Origin: Tubulanus polymorphus
Taxonomy: Eukaryota; Animalia; Nemertea
Assembly: GCF_964204645.1 (NCBI RefSeq)
Contig: NC_134032.1
Span: 6,622,275-6,686,274 of the forward strand
Reading direction: 5' to 3'
DNA: 64,000 bases
The translations under genes were made by a program, and so were the position numbers. The notes under the pieces are model-generated. The model saw nothing but the letters and a program-made list of their open reading frames with translations, was not told the DNA's origin and ran no database searches. Every line of letters starts with the position of its first letter. Positions within the stretch are counted from its first letter, which is position 1. Positions 14,001-26,091 of the stretch are shown here, in pieces.

Positions 14001-17000
14001 AGTAGCTGCAGCCAGAATCTTACCACCGTAACTCTGAAATTGAGAAGACAATTATAGGTAAAGATCTACGGAAATGTTTTTCGATCAAAATAAAGACTCT
14101 TTTCGGCAAAGATCTCAATCGACACATTTCATTCTACATTTCCTAATGATATACACGAGGTTACGTTGCATCGAAAAAACCATTTTCTAAAATAAATATC
14201 AGCATTATCGAATAACAAACTGTGATTAGAATAAAAATGAAGTATTAGCAATATTAGGCTGTACCTTTGCCCATCAAGTCATAGATTCACAATTAAGAGT
14301 AGAACAGCCATGTTAACAGGGTGTAGAATGAATACGCTGGGACGAGTAGTACTTTAGGTGAACAACTTTATTTTAAGAGCTTTCACTACTAGCGTAGAGT
14401 AGCTTCTGATGAAGCAATTCCAGCACATGGCTAATCAGCATATCATCATCCATCCAATTTTAGAAAAAGTTATTTTACCTGAACCTTACATAATTGTCAA
14501 TGATATTTTCTGTAGTGCAAATAGAAAATTCCTGCCAAAAACCAAATCAACTAAAGATTTCCCAAAAATCGATCTCGATATACAATTCTAAATCTTAAAA
14601 CCCGGAAGTAGAACTGTAGACAATACTGCGCGATTCGCGTGAACACATTTCTGCAGCTAAGCCAATCATAGAGGAGTTATCGCTTTCTGATTAACTTTTT
14701 TGAAACTGATATTTTTGCGTTCAGTTTTTCGCGATAAAGCTCATATAAATTTTAACGAGGCACTCTTTCAAAATTCAGCTTCATAGGGGTTGGAGAATGG
14801 ATAATGCTCTAATGAATGATTTGTATGAATACATGCTCAGTTGCACAGTCAAAGGGCTTTTACTCTGGAAACCATGTCATTAAAATTCGCTTCATTTGTA
14901 TAGTAATAGGCTCAGCCTACGGCTGGCCTAATAATAATGTATGAAATTCCTTATTTAAAAAAAAAATTTCTTATTCTTGTAAAAATTCTTTATTTTTGAA
15001 AAAGTAAAATAAAGTGTCAGCTCAAAATGAACACCTTTAACCCTATAGAACGATAACCACACTCAAACGTGGTAAACGGATGATAAGATAAAAACCCACT
15101 ATCTACAGATTAACACGTTCACTGCCACCGCTAGCGGTTGAGTCCGGTCGCCATTGCCAACGCTAATTTTTTTACATTATACAGTTTATATGCTGCCAGC
15201 ACTATTGGTACATTGATAAATCATTACACTATGTATTTTAGTATAAAAAAACCGACGACGAGATAACTCGTCACTGGCAATAGTGAAGAGATTCTCTTAT
15301 TTTTCCTGTCCCCGTTGCCAGTGACGAGTTATCTCGTCATGGCTTTTTTAACAGGGATCGAACAATGTAGTAAATATAAAGCCTACTATTGTTTCTAAGG
15401 TGAATGAGACCCATATAAATCCTAGACACACATGCCCATTACAAAATGGCGTGGCTGACAGCATCGTAAGTGACTAATATGCTGATGAATTCTGCGTCGG
15501 AGCATACGACAGACTCCGACGACAATGTTGGATCCGAAAGCTCGGATGCTGGTGATGATACTGGTACCGGTAATGTCACTACTGGCAATGAATCCCAACT
15601 GGGATCATCAGTCTTGGAAGACTCAGGAGAAAGTTCAGATTCTGATGAGTCAGATGGTCCCGATGAGTCAAGTGGAGATAACTACCACAACTCATCAGGA
15701 TCCACTGAAAGTGAAGATAATTTGGTACCAGGACCCCGAGTTCGCGGCACAGGAGTCCGTACAAGAGATGGAGGAGTCCGTACAAGAGGAGGAACATTGC
15801 AAGCCCGTGGGCGCCCAAGAGGTCGAGTAAGAGGTGCGGTGAGAGGACTGAGAGGTGGGACAGTATCCCCACCCCCAGGAACTAGAGGCCCCAGAAAGCG
15901 TCTGAGAGATGGTGCCATAATCGCCCGAGCTGGTGTAACAGCTGGACGTATCTGTCGGGGTCGACTTGGTCGTCAGAATCCGGCCACCCAACGTGCTGCT
16001 CAGCCTGGTCGCCCAGCTGGACCACAAGCAAGAGTCCACCAGTGGACAAATGTGCCGGAAGATGCTCCCAATTTTGCCTTCAATCAAAATCCAGGACTCA
16101 TAAATCCCCTACTAGATGGAAAATCAAATGACTACTTTGAGATGTTTCTCAACCAAGATCTGATAGATATGATGGTCAGAGAGACAAACAGATACGCTAG
16201 AGGTGTTATCAACGTAAATCGGCCAATGAGGAGAGAATCAAGACTGAAAGCTTGGAAGTCTACCGACGCCGAAGAGATGAAGCTATTTATCGGTCTACTC
16301 ATGCATATAGGCCCAGTTACAATGCCCACATTAGAACATTATTGGAGTTAGAGTGGGCTTTACAATATTCCAATATTTGGCAAAGTTATGCCTCGTAGTC
16401 GCTTTCAATTACTTCTGCGATTCTGGCATTTTGTAGATAACAATCAGCAACACGACGATCGCTTGTATAAGATACGGCCAATTTTGGATCATTTTGCCAA
16501 TATAATGGACAATATTTACTACCCCAAAAAAGAACTAAGTAATGATGAATCAATGGTTCTTTGGCGCGGTAGGCTGGTTTTCTGCCAGTATATAAATAAC
16601 AAACGCCACACATATGGCATCAAGTTATATGAACTTTGTGAGTCACGTGGAGGACTCATTTTGAGAGTTCGTATATACAGCGGCATCCAGGTTCCAGATC
16701 CCGACAGTCTTGGACAGGCTGCTGCTGTAGTTCTTGACCTCATGGAAGGATTCCTTGACCACGGACATGTGGTTTTTACTGATAATTTTTACAACTCTGT
16801 CAGTTTGGCAAAAAAAATGACTGACAGATCAACCTATTTATGTGGTACACTGCGTTTTGATAGGAAGGAAAATCCCAAGGATGTTGTGAAGAAAAAGCTA
16901 AAAAAAGGCGAGCATCATTGGCTAAGATCGCAATCAGTTGTAGTTTCTAAATGGAAAGATAAACGGGACGTCCTTACTATTTCAAATATGCACCGTGTAG

Positions 17001-20000
17001 AAATGGTCCCAGTTACAAATCGAAACGGCAAAATTGCAAACAAGCCAAACATTGTCCGCGACTACAACAATGGAATGTCTGGAATCGATAGAGCCGATCA
17101 GATGCTCTCCTACTATACAGCCCTCAGAAAAACTGCACGGTGGTATAAAAAAATTGGCACACACATGCTTGAGATTTTCCTTCTGAATGCCTATATCTTG
17201 TATCGTGATTATTGTCAAGCTGATGACAGAATGACATTGCTGAAATTTCGTCAAGCTATCATATGTAGTCTTCTTGGTAACTTTGTTGAACCGGCACCTC
17301 ATGTAGCTCATTTCCCTATGTTTATAGAACCCACAGGCAATAAACAATACCCAACTCGTAGATGTCGTGTCTGCTATAATAACAACATTCGACGAGAAAC
17401 ACGATACATGTGTAACGCATGTCCCACTAATCCAGCCTTGTGCGTTGACCCCTGTTTTCAGATGTACCATAACCTGTAAACTGGTAAAATTGTGAACGAT
17501 CAAATGGTTAATTAAAGGAATAAAAGTTTTATTGTAAAACTAATATACAATGATCTTAGTCGTTTTATTCTCTGAAATCTGAAATTCTGAATAGAATCTG
17601 AAATTCGTGCTTCCTGGAGATTTTTCTAAAAAATTTCAAGTGTGCACCAAACTCGAGTTACCCCCATAAATTTTATATTTGTCTCTCCATACTGCCAGAC
17701 TATTATTTAGCTGGTTTCTCCCCTGTGCCAGGTCGTTTATAACGCTATGAAATGACGTTGAATCGATGACGATATAACTCGTCATGGCAAGCTGCAGTGC
17801 ACCCTCCATGACGATTATATCGTCATTGGCAGCGAACGTGTTAAAAGAATTTAAAAACAAGAATTTTTTTATTCAATCTAAAATATATATATGACACAAC
17901 GTTTCGATCTCACCCTAGAGATCATCGTCAGGTGTCACACCTTTAACCCTTTCCGTGCTGTCTGATTAATACCCTATAGTGCTTGAGAAAATGTGAAAAT
18001 TTGGGAAAATTCCACCCTAGTGTGTTGAATAACGGGAATAGCACTATAATGCATCTACACCGCGGTGCGGTGTATCATTAGTTACTAATATTTCACTATG
18101 TTTCACAGGTGCTGCCATCTTTCAAGAGAGATAATTACTAATTAAATCAATACAACGCAGCACGGTGTACTAGCAAAATCCATCACCGATTTATACACCG
18201 GACTGAAAGGGTAAACCCTCTCAAATAGGCCTAAAGATTGGAAAGACCTTTCAGCTAAAAATACCATTTTTTACTGCTATGAACCTTGAAGAATATGCCG
18301 GATTCTTAATGACTGAAGAAGGGTGGTTGAAAACAACCAAAACATTTCTTACAATTTTCAAATGAAACGATGTTGGACTTTACATCTATAGCCTAATGTA
18401 CATCTGTAAATATAATTCAAATTTTAGGTGATTCATAAATTTACTTTTAGACGGTTCATAATTTGAATTTTAGATGGTTCATGAATTGACATTAAGATGG
18501 TTCATAATTTTAATCTTAGATGGCTCATGAATTTACTTTGAGATGGTTCATAATTTGAACTGTAGATGATTGATAAATCAACTTTAAGATGGTCCATAAT
18601 TTGACTTTAGGATGGTCCTTAATTTGAATTTTAGATGGTTCATGAATTGACATTAAGATGGTTCATGATTTTAATCTTAGATGGTTCATGAATTTACTTT
18701 GAGATGGTTCATAATTTTTTACTGTAGATGATTGATAAATCAACTTTAAGATGGTCCATAATTTGACTTCAGGATGGTCCTTAATTTGAATTTTAGATAG
18801 TTCATAATTCACTTTAAAGAGCATATGCCATCAAAATAGAATATTGTGTAAAATTCATTTTCAAATGTGATTATTCACAAATATCAAATATGGAACTGGT
18901 TCGAATTTTAGTTCAGCCATTACTGAGAAATGTGACTTTTAAATCGGCAATTTCAGCACGTGCTCACTATTATTGTTTATCTTAGCAGGTGCGTGATTCT
19001 GACGCCATCTCTGACAAACGCTCGTGGCTTCCAGTCATTTTACTAGACATTTCATGCGATATTTTATCGTTTTGGAGTGATCTGAATTAATAAACTCTTA
19101 CCATTGTATAGTGTTCCTACCGTTGTATATGACATGATAATTGTATATAAGTGAGTAGCGCTGTAGGTCAGCGATTTTATCGATTATACATACTCTACGC
19201 ATACTAGCGCGCACACATACTTGTGTTGATTGTCAAAGTTAACACCATAAATAGCGCCACCCGCGGGTTGAATATGAACTATACGCATGGAGTGAAGGGT
19301 AAATAGATGACTATTCCGCTAACTATTACGGCTAATTCGTGCTCCTTTTTTCAATAAGTCACATCTCAGGTCGTTATATGTATACCAAAGTTTCTTCTGG
19401 TTAAGAAATCGCGGAAAGTACAATTTTGATGGTATTCGCCCTTTCAGATGGTTCATACGTAATTCACATTTTAGATGGTTCATAAATTCACTTACAACAG
19501 CAACTGCCGATGACAGCAGAATTTCGGTCGGCGTCAATACCGTCAGGTATGCCAGATTCGTCAATACATATATCACAGTCACTAGGCACATCGATATACC
19601 TAATGACACAGGCAACGTTCTGAAAATAAATCAAATTCATGTAATCATGTATATTCATATCGCTAATACTGGTCATAAAAATATCCCATATTTCTTTCAG
19701 TGTGACTTCACTGCAATGCTTAATGGTGTACAAAATTAATTGTTACTGATGGACTACACTAGGATACTACAAGATGGCAGCACCTGTCAAATAAAGCACA
19801 ATCTTTAAAACATTCTATGTAGCTTTAGTAACAGAAGAACAATTGAACAGTGAAATATTAGCAACCAATGATACTAAGGTCATCCCAAAATATAATGGTC
19901 TATTCGCTGCAACCCGACCGACCTGACTTCAAAGGAAAACTTTTTCAGGGATTCATTGAGATTTTATTTTTGAGAAAAATGGCCGACCGACCTACCCACT

Positions 20001-22156
20001 GCCAATACATGCGCTACATATGATTGTAGTCAAATGTGCATCATGTGAAAACATGCCTCGCCTAGTCATGTAGCCTATTTTAAGTTTTTTGCAGGAAACT
20101 GACAGTCTTCCAATAAGTTGCCAATGATTCTAGTGACTTTAAAGCTGGTAATTTCATAACGCACATATATTCAAAGTATTTTTTCATTTTGATCACAGGG
20201 ATGATGCTCCGGATGAAGCTAAACAGTAAAACTATTCTTGAAGTCTAGGCTTTTAGACAAACTTCCCGTGCACACCGCTGATTGTGACATTGTTTTGCAT
20301 GTAAAAGGTGTTAGAATTTTATTTTTCAAAAAAAATTTCTTTCTTCCTACTGACTCACCCTAAAAAGTTGAGTCGGAATAACGGCAAATAGACAATGGCC
20401 TTAGATGGCATAATGATGGAATTTTTCAAAATCTCCAGCAGTTTAGGGTATTGATTTAGCACTGAAAAGCTTAATGAATTCAGCAAATGTTATGGTCAAT
20501 GACTATAGATAAGGTTTTGCATACCTGTGAGGATCTTTCAGTTCTTCAGTTATACTATTCAAACTATCCCTGCCAAAGATAAACAATTCTAACAGATGTT
20601 ACAATTAGGAATTGGAAAATGGAAAAACACAAGGTTCTTTTCTGATCACAGCGTGTAGAATTCGAACTTTACAAGAATCATTTCTTTGGACATATGTATA
20701 TTGCTCTACTGACAGTTCCCTCTTCCTTCAAAAAGTTATTCTAAACCACTGAGGGAATTTTCTTTTTATTCTACCTCGTAAACCAAGCTATCAAAAAAGG
20801 CCTTAGGTTGAGGGAACCTGCTAATAACACTGAGTGGTGCTCAGTGGGTTGAAGGTAATAAGAAATCTCGAACCCAAGGGAGTGAAATTTAAGAAGAGAA
20901 TATTACTTACCATCCAGCATATGAATATATACCAGCATAGAATCCGAGAGCTACTTGACCCGGACTAGTCGCAGAATTACGAAAGGGTTCCTGGAAGTTA
21001 TCTACGTTTCCTAGAAAAATATGATCATTGCGGAAATTACAATAAAGTATATTTTGACCCAATATGTGGTAATTATCTTAAAGACATATTATGGTAAATA
21101 AGAAACAATAACAGTTACCTTTAAACAACATTACAATTCCGGATATGATGATGATGACCAGTGCCAGCACTTTACTGTATGTGCAAACTTCGATGACCCG
21201 CGTAGTCAATTTGATGCTGACGCAATTCAACAGAACAACGATTACTGAAAAAATCACAACCATACGTAGAGAAATTTACTGGCAAATATCACACAGTTCG
21301 AATAGTTCACAGTTATTAGTTTGTGAAATTTGCCCCAGCGATTATACAACAGGCAATCTAACTGGTGCAGTAGGTATTTCGTGCAGCAAACCTGCGTATT
21401 TAGGCTAATGCCGATACAGATTAGGTTGCAATACCTGTCGAGGAAGGATGCAAGAACTGCTGTAAATTTGAAATTATTGACGTTCTGATGAAAAATAAGA
21501 AATGTTATAGAAGCTGAAACGATGGATGGATCACACTTAGGTCAGTTGTTCAAGAGTAAGTTGAAGTGAAAATGCGAGAAAATTGACTCACCGATGACGA
21601 GAAACGCGACGATTCGCACGGCTGAATCCGGGGGCGAGACGCACGTGAAAACATCCTGCAGAACGTACTTTGCGAATATGAGCGCCGACAAGCAATTACC
21701 AGTCGGTATACGCACGATGAAATAACTCCACAACAACAAGAACGCCGGCATCTCTCCGAACATTGCCATCAGATATGTATACGCACCGCCTGATGCGGCG
21801 TACGTCGTACCCAGTTCGGCGTAGCACATAGCGCCAAGCAGCGCGTATACGCCGCACAGCACCCAGACAATTAGCGATAAACCGGGCGAGTGGCAGTAGA
21901 GTATGACACCCTGCGGGCTCAAGAAGATACCGCTACCAATTATAATACCGACGATACAGCTTACACTGCTACGTATGCCTAGCGTTCGTTTCAAATTCAC
22001 TCTAGATTGGTCACCTGGTGAATGATTGTCATCATCATCATGACTGTCGTCGCTGTGATTTTCGTAGTCATCATCGCCTGATAGTGAGAGCAACGGTATT
22101 TCACTGGTCTTATCATCGTTTGCAGACGAGGTCAGCACCGTTCGACGCACAGGCAT
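2062..22156 (-). CDS. SLC7-family L-type (heteromeric light-chain) amino-acid transporter, 10 coding exons, 521 aa
   Basis: Minus-strand exons, all GT-AG with consistent phases: 22156-21592, 21244-21119, 21010-20911, 20569-20525, 19619-19496, 14033-13930, 11688-11592, 11187-11038, 9883-9697, 2129-2062 (1566 nt incl. TGA). Motifs [76 protein letters not shown]-terminal [11 protein letters not shown] splice acceptor at 22165-22166 just upstream of the ATG implies a 5' UTR exon. Orthology (SLC7A5/7/9/11-like) cannot be resolved by eye. Confidence 0.93.
2953..3786. mobile_element. Tc1/pogo-like MITE (TA TSD)
   Basis: Degenerate CAGTGGAACCTCGTTCTAAC TIRs with TA on both flanks; inverted relative of 28075-28861. 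Confidence 0.85.
3892..7176 (+). mobile_element. Ty3/Gypsy LTR retrotransposon, internally deleted (integrase only)
   Basis: TG...CA LTRs at 3892-4155 and 6780-7176. 4-bp TSD CTGG (3888-3891 and 7177-7180). PBS TGGCACCCTCGATGGGA follows the 5' LTR; PPT AAGGGAGGG at 6771-6779. gag, PR and RT are absent. Confidence 0.95.
4219..6187 (+). pseudogene. Gypsy integrase (HHCC, DD35E, GPY/F-like), disrupted
   Basis: LHDDLGH...C..C; [19 protein letters not shown]; [15 protein letters not shown]; [12 protein letters not shown]. In-frame TAG at 4429-4431 and a frameshift near 5250-5360. Confidence 0.92.
7313..8160 (-). mobile_element. hAT-like deletion derivative with 6-bp TSD and transposase N-terminal remnant
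   Basis: TIR CAGAGATGCTAG, TSD GATATG, subterminal TCCGGA repeats. Minus strand from ATG 7705 reads MSTQGK...[16 protein letters not shown](fs)[43 protein letters not shown] (zinc-finger-like). Confidence 0.82.
8417..8525 (-). mobile_element. HINE-like 3' fragment
   Basis: AACTAGGGGTCCAG..CACCATGCCCACTTGGG matches the family 3' end. Confidence 0.7.
9187..9676. mobile_element. piggyBac-type MITE (TTAA-CCC...GGG-TTAA)
   Basis: TIR CCCATTAGC with TTAA on both sides; inverted paralog at 48742-49216. Confidence 0.82.
11420..11519 (-). mobile_element. HINE-like 5' fragment
   Basis: Reverse complement of the 5' hairpin/microsatellite region. Confidence 0.65.
11773..11970. mobile_element. Short piggyBac-type MITE (CCCTTTCAGTGC TIR)
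   Basis: Relatives at 17947-18211, about 9963-10075 (partial) and about 20425-20474 (partial, inverted). Confidence 0.7.
12867..13034. mobile_element. Small MITE
   Basis: ~26-bp TIR GGG(A/G)TCATTCATTTATTACGTACGCA. Confidence 0.8.
15114..17840 (+). mobile_element. piggyBac DNA transposon, full length
   Basis: TTAA at 15110-15113 and 17841-17844. TIR CACGTTCACTGCCA / TGGCAGCGAACGTG. Subterminal GACGAGATAACTCGTC-type palindromes at both ends. Confidence 0.96.
15446..17479 (+). pseudogene. piggyBac (PGBD4-like) transposase with two in-frame stops
   Basis: Single frame from ATG 15446 with TAA at 15467-15469 and TAG at 16349-16351. DDD triad (NDESM, TDNFY, GIDRADQ) and C-terminal Cys-rich domain RRCRVC...CNAC...LCVDPCF..YH. 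Confidence 0.93.
17892..17937 (-). ncRNA. Minimal type-I hammerhead ribozyme
   Basis: Minus strand reads UGACAC-CUGACGA-U-GAUCUC-uagggu-GAGAUC-GAAA-CG-UU-GUGUCA. Helix I and helix II are perfect, the core is CUGANGA/GAAA, and helix III is a tiny palindromic AACGUU. Confidence 0.8.
17947..18211. mobile_element. Short piggyBac-type MITE (same family as 11773-11970)
   Basis: TTAA-CCCTTTCCGTGC ... GGACTGAAAGGG-TAAA. Confidence 0.7.
18415..19493. repeat. 21-22-bp minisatellite (TTTAGATGGTTCATAATTTGAA-like), interrupted at 18818-19442
   Basis: Tandem units at 18415-18813 and 19443-19493, with a higher-order ~150-bp duplication; abuts the SLC7 exon 5 donor. Confidence 0.85.
18818..19442. mobile_element. 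Kolobok-like non-autonomous DNA transposon
   Basis: TTAA-AGAGCATATGCCATCAAAAT ... ATTTTGATGGTATTCGCCCT-TTCA: imperfect TIR, AG..CT termini, TTAA-like target. Confidence 0.6.
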
Positions 22157-24055
22157 CTCACGTCCTAAAACAATAATATACGTATAATATATATATCAGG
22201 ATCCAGATTTAACAGGGTCCCTATATTATCAGATCATTTACTCCTGGATATAAGGAGTTTTAATGGAAAGAGTTTCAAGTAGACTCCTCCTATATCAGTA
22301 CTCTTGATTCAATATTTCATAATCAGATTTCTATTCTATACACTACCTAAACATGGTTTCCGGTAACTTTTTAATAGGGTAAAAAAAAATTGCCCATGGC
22401 CCAAGTGGTTTTCCATAGCTTTATGAAGTGAAAAGATGAGCTGCTACGGGATTGTTCAATTAGTTCTATAGCCAATCTTTCAAGCCCCCAACAGAGTAAG
22501 CATATTTTCAACATACTCGAGAACATACCTATTAATGGTTACTACCGCTGCAACTATGAAACCAAGTGAAATGTGGAATAGGAGTCCAACTGGACACAAT
22601 CAGAATCCTCATTACATTTTTTTCTAAATTCTGCCGATGCGGCCATCACGATGATAGTTAGAATAACAACAAGAGTTTTTTTAGTTAAAGGCCTAGCAAA
22701 TTTTACTATTTTATTCAATGCTGTATATAATGAACTGCCCACTATGTGTAAATGATTTACTAAACGATCTTCCATCGATGTAAAATAAGCCCAGCACATA
22801 CTACGAGCATTATTATGAGCAAGCGCCCGATTTGCTCGGTGTAAACGAAATAATGGTCGTCTGTGGCAACAGGAGATTTAAATTGCTCATTGTCCAAAGG
22901 ATTTGCCTCAATATCATATTATGTTTGATAATGGGTGACAGAAAATTGCTTGTCGTAATGAAATTGCTCATCGATTGCTTGGTGTTGCTGCGTGTGCACC
23001 AACTGGAGACGCCAACACACAAGCAACTAATCAACTAGCCAATGAGTGAGCGCATAATCATAATGGAATAATTCCAAATCGGCGACTTTCGGGGCAGTGG
23101 CGCGGCCATTTTGACATTTCACATGATACAGATGTTTGCAGGCTAAGATAATCGTCTCTCCATCTCCAGTGATAGCACGCGGGAGACGCTAAGCGATCGA
23201 TTGCTCAACGGTTGCATGCTCAACGGTTGCCTGCTGAACTGGTCGCAGCAACTGGCGGCTAACAATCGACTCACTCGCTACTAAACAATGCTCAAACAAA
23301 GCGAAGTGAGTAATTTCCGGAACAAGTTGCAATTCAACTGCAATCATTTGTCCTGTGCAACAATTTGGCTCGGGCCTGGTCAGTTTTTTTGTTGGGCCAA
23401 ATTCAGCCCAGGCCAAACAGGCCCATTTGGCAGTGAACAGGTGTTCCAGGCCAAATTTTGCATGGGCCAAAAATGCTTGTATGATCGCAGCTGATGTAAA
23501 ATGACCGGACCCTAAAATGAAATGTTAGGGTATTGATAGTATGAAAAGTCTGAAATGTTACCTTTCAGAGAGAGTTCATTCAACATTTCATCTAGGCCTA
23601 TATATCCTTATAGGCTAGTCATCTTCAGGAATAATGAGTATGGAATACTAAACTAATAATCATGCCCCAACGATTCGTAGGTCCATAATGAGTCTCATCT
23701 CAATATTCACAATTGTTATTGTTACAAAAACATCTTTGCAACAGTTTTAATGGGCTGAAAAATGTTTTTACTTAGGCTGAGTTGAGAATTTTTAAAATCC
23801 ATAAGCATGTAACAGCATGACAGCTGCATGAAAAAAGTAAAGAGCTTTCGTTGTTTGCTTTATTCTGGGTGCAATCTGTCACATTACAAATTGTCAATAC
23901 ATGTACTACTAGGTAGCGTTCATTATGTACCTACACAAACTGTACCATAGCTAGAACATACTTTAATTAGACATACGTAGAGAATACCCCTCGGCCAGTG
24001 AGTGAGAGTAGTGCATAGAATGCAAAATTGTAATAGGGTACACACCTGACACTAA

Positions 24056-24248
24056 TAAGATAAAATCCCACTATTTAAAGATTAAAAGAATTTAAAAACC
24101 AGAATTTATTTATTAAATCTAAAATATTTAAAAGACACGACGTTTCGATCTCACCCTAGAGATCATCGTCGTCACACCTGACTAATCTAAAAATAGTGGG
24201 ATTTTATATTATTATCCATTCACCACGTTTGAGTGTGGTCATCGTTCT
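24056..24248. mobile_element. Second copy of the Penelope-type element, with an internal inversion
   Basis: 12-bp direct repeat ACCTGACACTAA (24044-24055 and 24249-24260). 24056-24170 runs in the same orientation as copy 1 (hammerhead core truncated, GUC site); 24183-24248 is inverted. Confidence 0.8.
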
Positions 24249-26028
24249 ACCTGACACTAAGTTTCATCTCAAAAAAGGTTTCAATATGGCAGCCATGTTC
24301 GATAACATACATGCATCAAAAACACTAGGGTTTATCCTCCTCTTTGCCTTTAATACACAAACCAAGGCATACAAAAATCAGCAAAAGCTATAGATTTAGA
24401 GCAAGAGAACGTGGTCCATAATGCCTATTTCAGACAAAAAAATTTGGTTGCTTTCGATGACCTATATATGTCTAAAATAATAGGGCTCATCTCACAATAT
24501 TAAACTAGAGTTCAAGACACCGACATAACTGTGGCGGCAATCTTGGATGACCTACACACATCAAAAACAGAAGAGTTTATCCCCCTTTTGCTTTAAATAC
24601 ACATACCAAGTGATAAGAAAGTCAGTATAAAACTTTAGACCATGTGGGAACAAGCTCCAAAATGGCTATTTCCCATACCAAATCGACTGTGGCGGACATC
24701 TTGGATGACATGTATGTCAAAGACAATAGAGCTCATCCTCCTTTTACCATAAACCATAGACCAAGTAACCAGAAAGTAGTTCAGACTAGGGAACCAAAGG
24801 TCCTGAGGCTCGGAATAGAAATGCTCGAATTAGGCAAATAATTAGGCAAGGTATGGATTGAGATTGGATACGATTAGGCCTAGAGGGAATTAGAAACGAA
24901 AAAGTGTCCTATTCGTCAACGTGCATGTTCAACCCGTCAATCTTGGTGCACTGTGTAGTTACTACACAGTGCAAGCATGTTCAACTTTGATGATATACAC
25001 GACAATGGATTTTTCCCATGACTCACTAACCCATAGCAAAACTAAATGGTTCTTGATGACGAAGTCACTGTAGTAGAACAACAGATTAACCGTGGAAGGA
25101 ATAGCCCCGACCTGTTTGAAGAAGCCATGGACATTCAATTTTCAGCGGTAGTCAGAATATGAATGCCTATAATTGACCTTACCCACCGGATTAGTACTTG
25201 TGGCATCTGTTTACTGATGGTTACTGTCGTGTCGGAGGTTCAATAATTCAATTGATTTGAATTGTATCGATTTACCCCCTCTGGCATGCGAGTTCATCCA
25301 CAATTCAATTTGAATTTTATTGACATAAAATAGTTGCCTAATCAGAAAGTATATGATGAAGATATTTGATCAACCCGGTTGATGTTAAAAGTAAAATCTT
25401 AAGAAGAATATAATTATTATTATCATTATTGTTATTGTTATCGTTATTATTATCATTATCATTGCTATATTTGCTAATGTATATTGTACTATTTGCACAC
25501 AATCATACAATGTTGTTTCCAACCAGTTGAGGCTGACAGTTGTTTTGAAGGAGATACTGACCGGCAACCAGTCTTCCAAGTAGGTTCAATAATGCGGGAA
25601 TACGGACGGACCACGTCCACGAAAATGTTTCATAATCATAAAATAATAATTATCACAAAAATGACTGGACATTTCGAAGATCACACCAGTACGTAAAAGC
25701 GTTCATAATTAAAATTAAAAGAATTCAGACAGAGAAAAGAAGAATTTCAAAGATATACTATAATTGACTAATACGCGGGATTCGAACCTATTAGTGATAG
25801 CGTCTACTTTCAACGCCCCCAGCCGCTGTATTTAACGCCGATTTACGCTGCCATTTGCAGCTTTGAAACGATATTGCGCTACTCGGTAAGGCGTTTAACT
25901 ATCTTTGATATGCGTGTCTGGGTTTTAAGAAACTTTTCGATCGGTTGTGGCCGAGCGTTTGAACTTGAATGAACTTTTCATTCCTTCGCTGTCCTGTGAG
26001 CCGACTGGTGTTTGGTGGCTGGCGCTGA

Positions 26029-26091
26029 TGACGTCAAGTGTAAGCCGTTGATGACGTCAGCTATGACATGAGCCAGCGCGGGAAATTCAAA
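26029..26091. promoter_or_regulatory. Two perfect CRE palindromes plus a CDE/E2F-CHR-like element between the divergent genes
   Basis: TGACGTCA at 26029-26036 and 26052-26059; GCGCGG-gaaa-TTCAAA at 26076-26091; the region is locally CpG-rich. Confidence 0.55.

Larger units (their letters stand above)
15045..17936 (-). mobile_element. ~160-bp Penelope-type non-autonomous retroelement, split by the piggyBac
   Basis: Segments 15045-15113 and 17845-17936 are flanked by a 14-bp direct repeat ACACCTTTAACCCT (15031-15044 and 17937-17950). The copy at 24056-24248 shows the uninterrupted TTAA site. Confidence 0.8.

Noticed and set aside
16349-16351. Programmed stop-codon readthrough in piggyBac (or at DIRS 39620)
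   Set aside because: The stops fall inside conserved domains and co-occur with other lesions; simple nonsense mutation is more parsimonious.
16982-17503. 173-aa antisense ORF and other shadow ORFs over piggyBac, integrase and DIRS
   Set aside because: Antisense by-products of real coding frames, with no motifs.
23275-23375. Conserved element shared (inverted) with about 50820-50925
   Set aside because: Most simply two copies of an unclassified dispersed repeat; boundaries could not be resolved.
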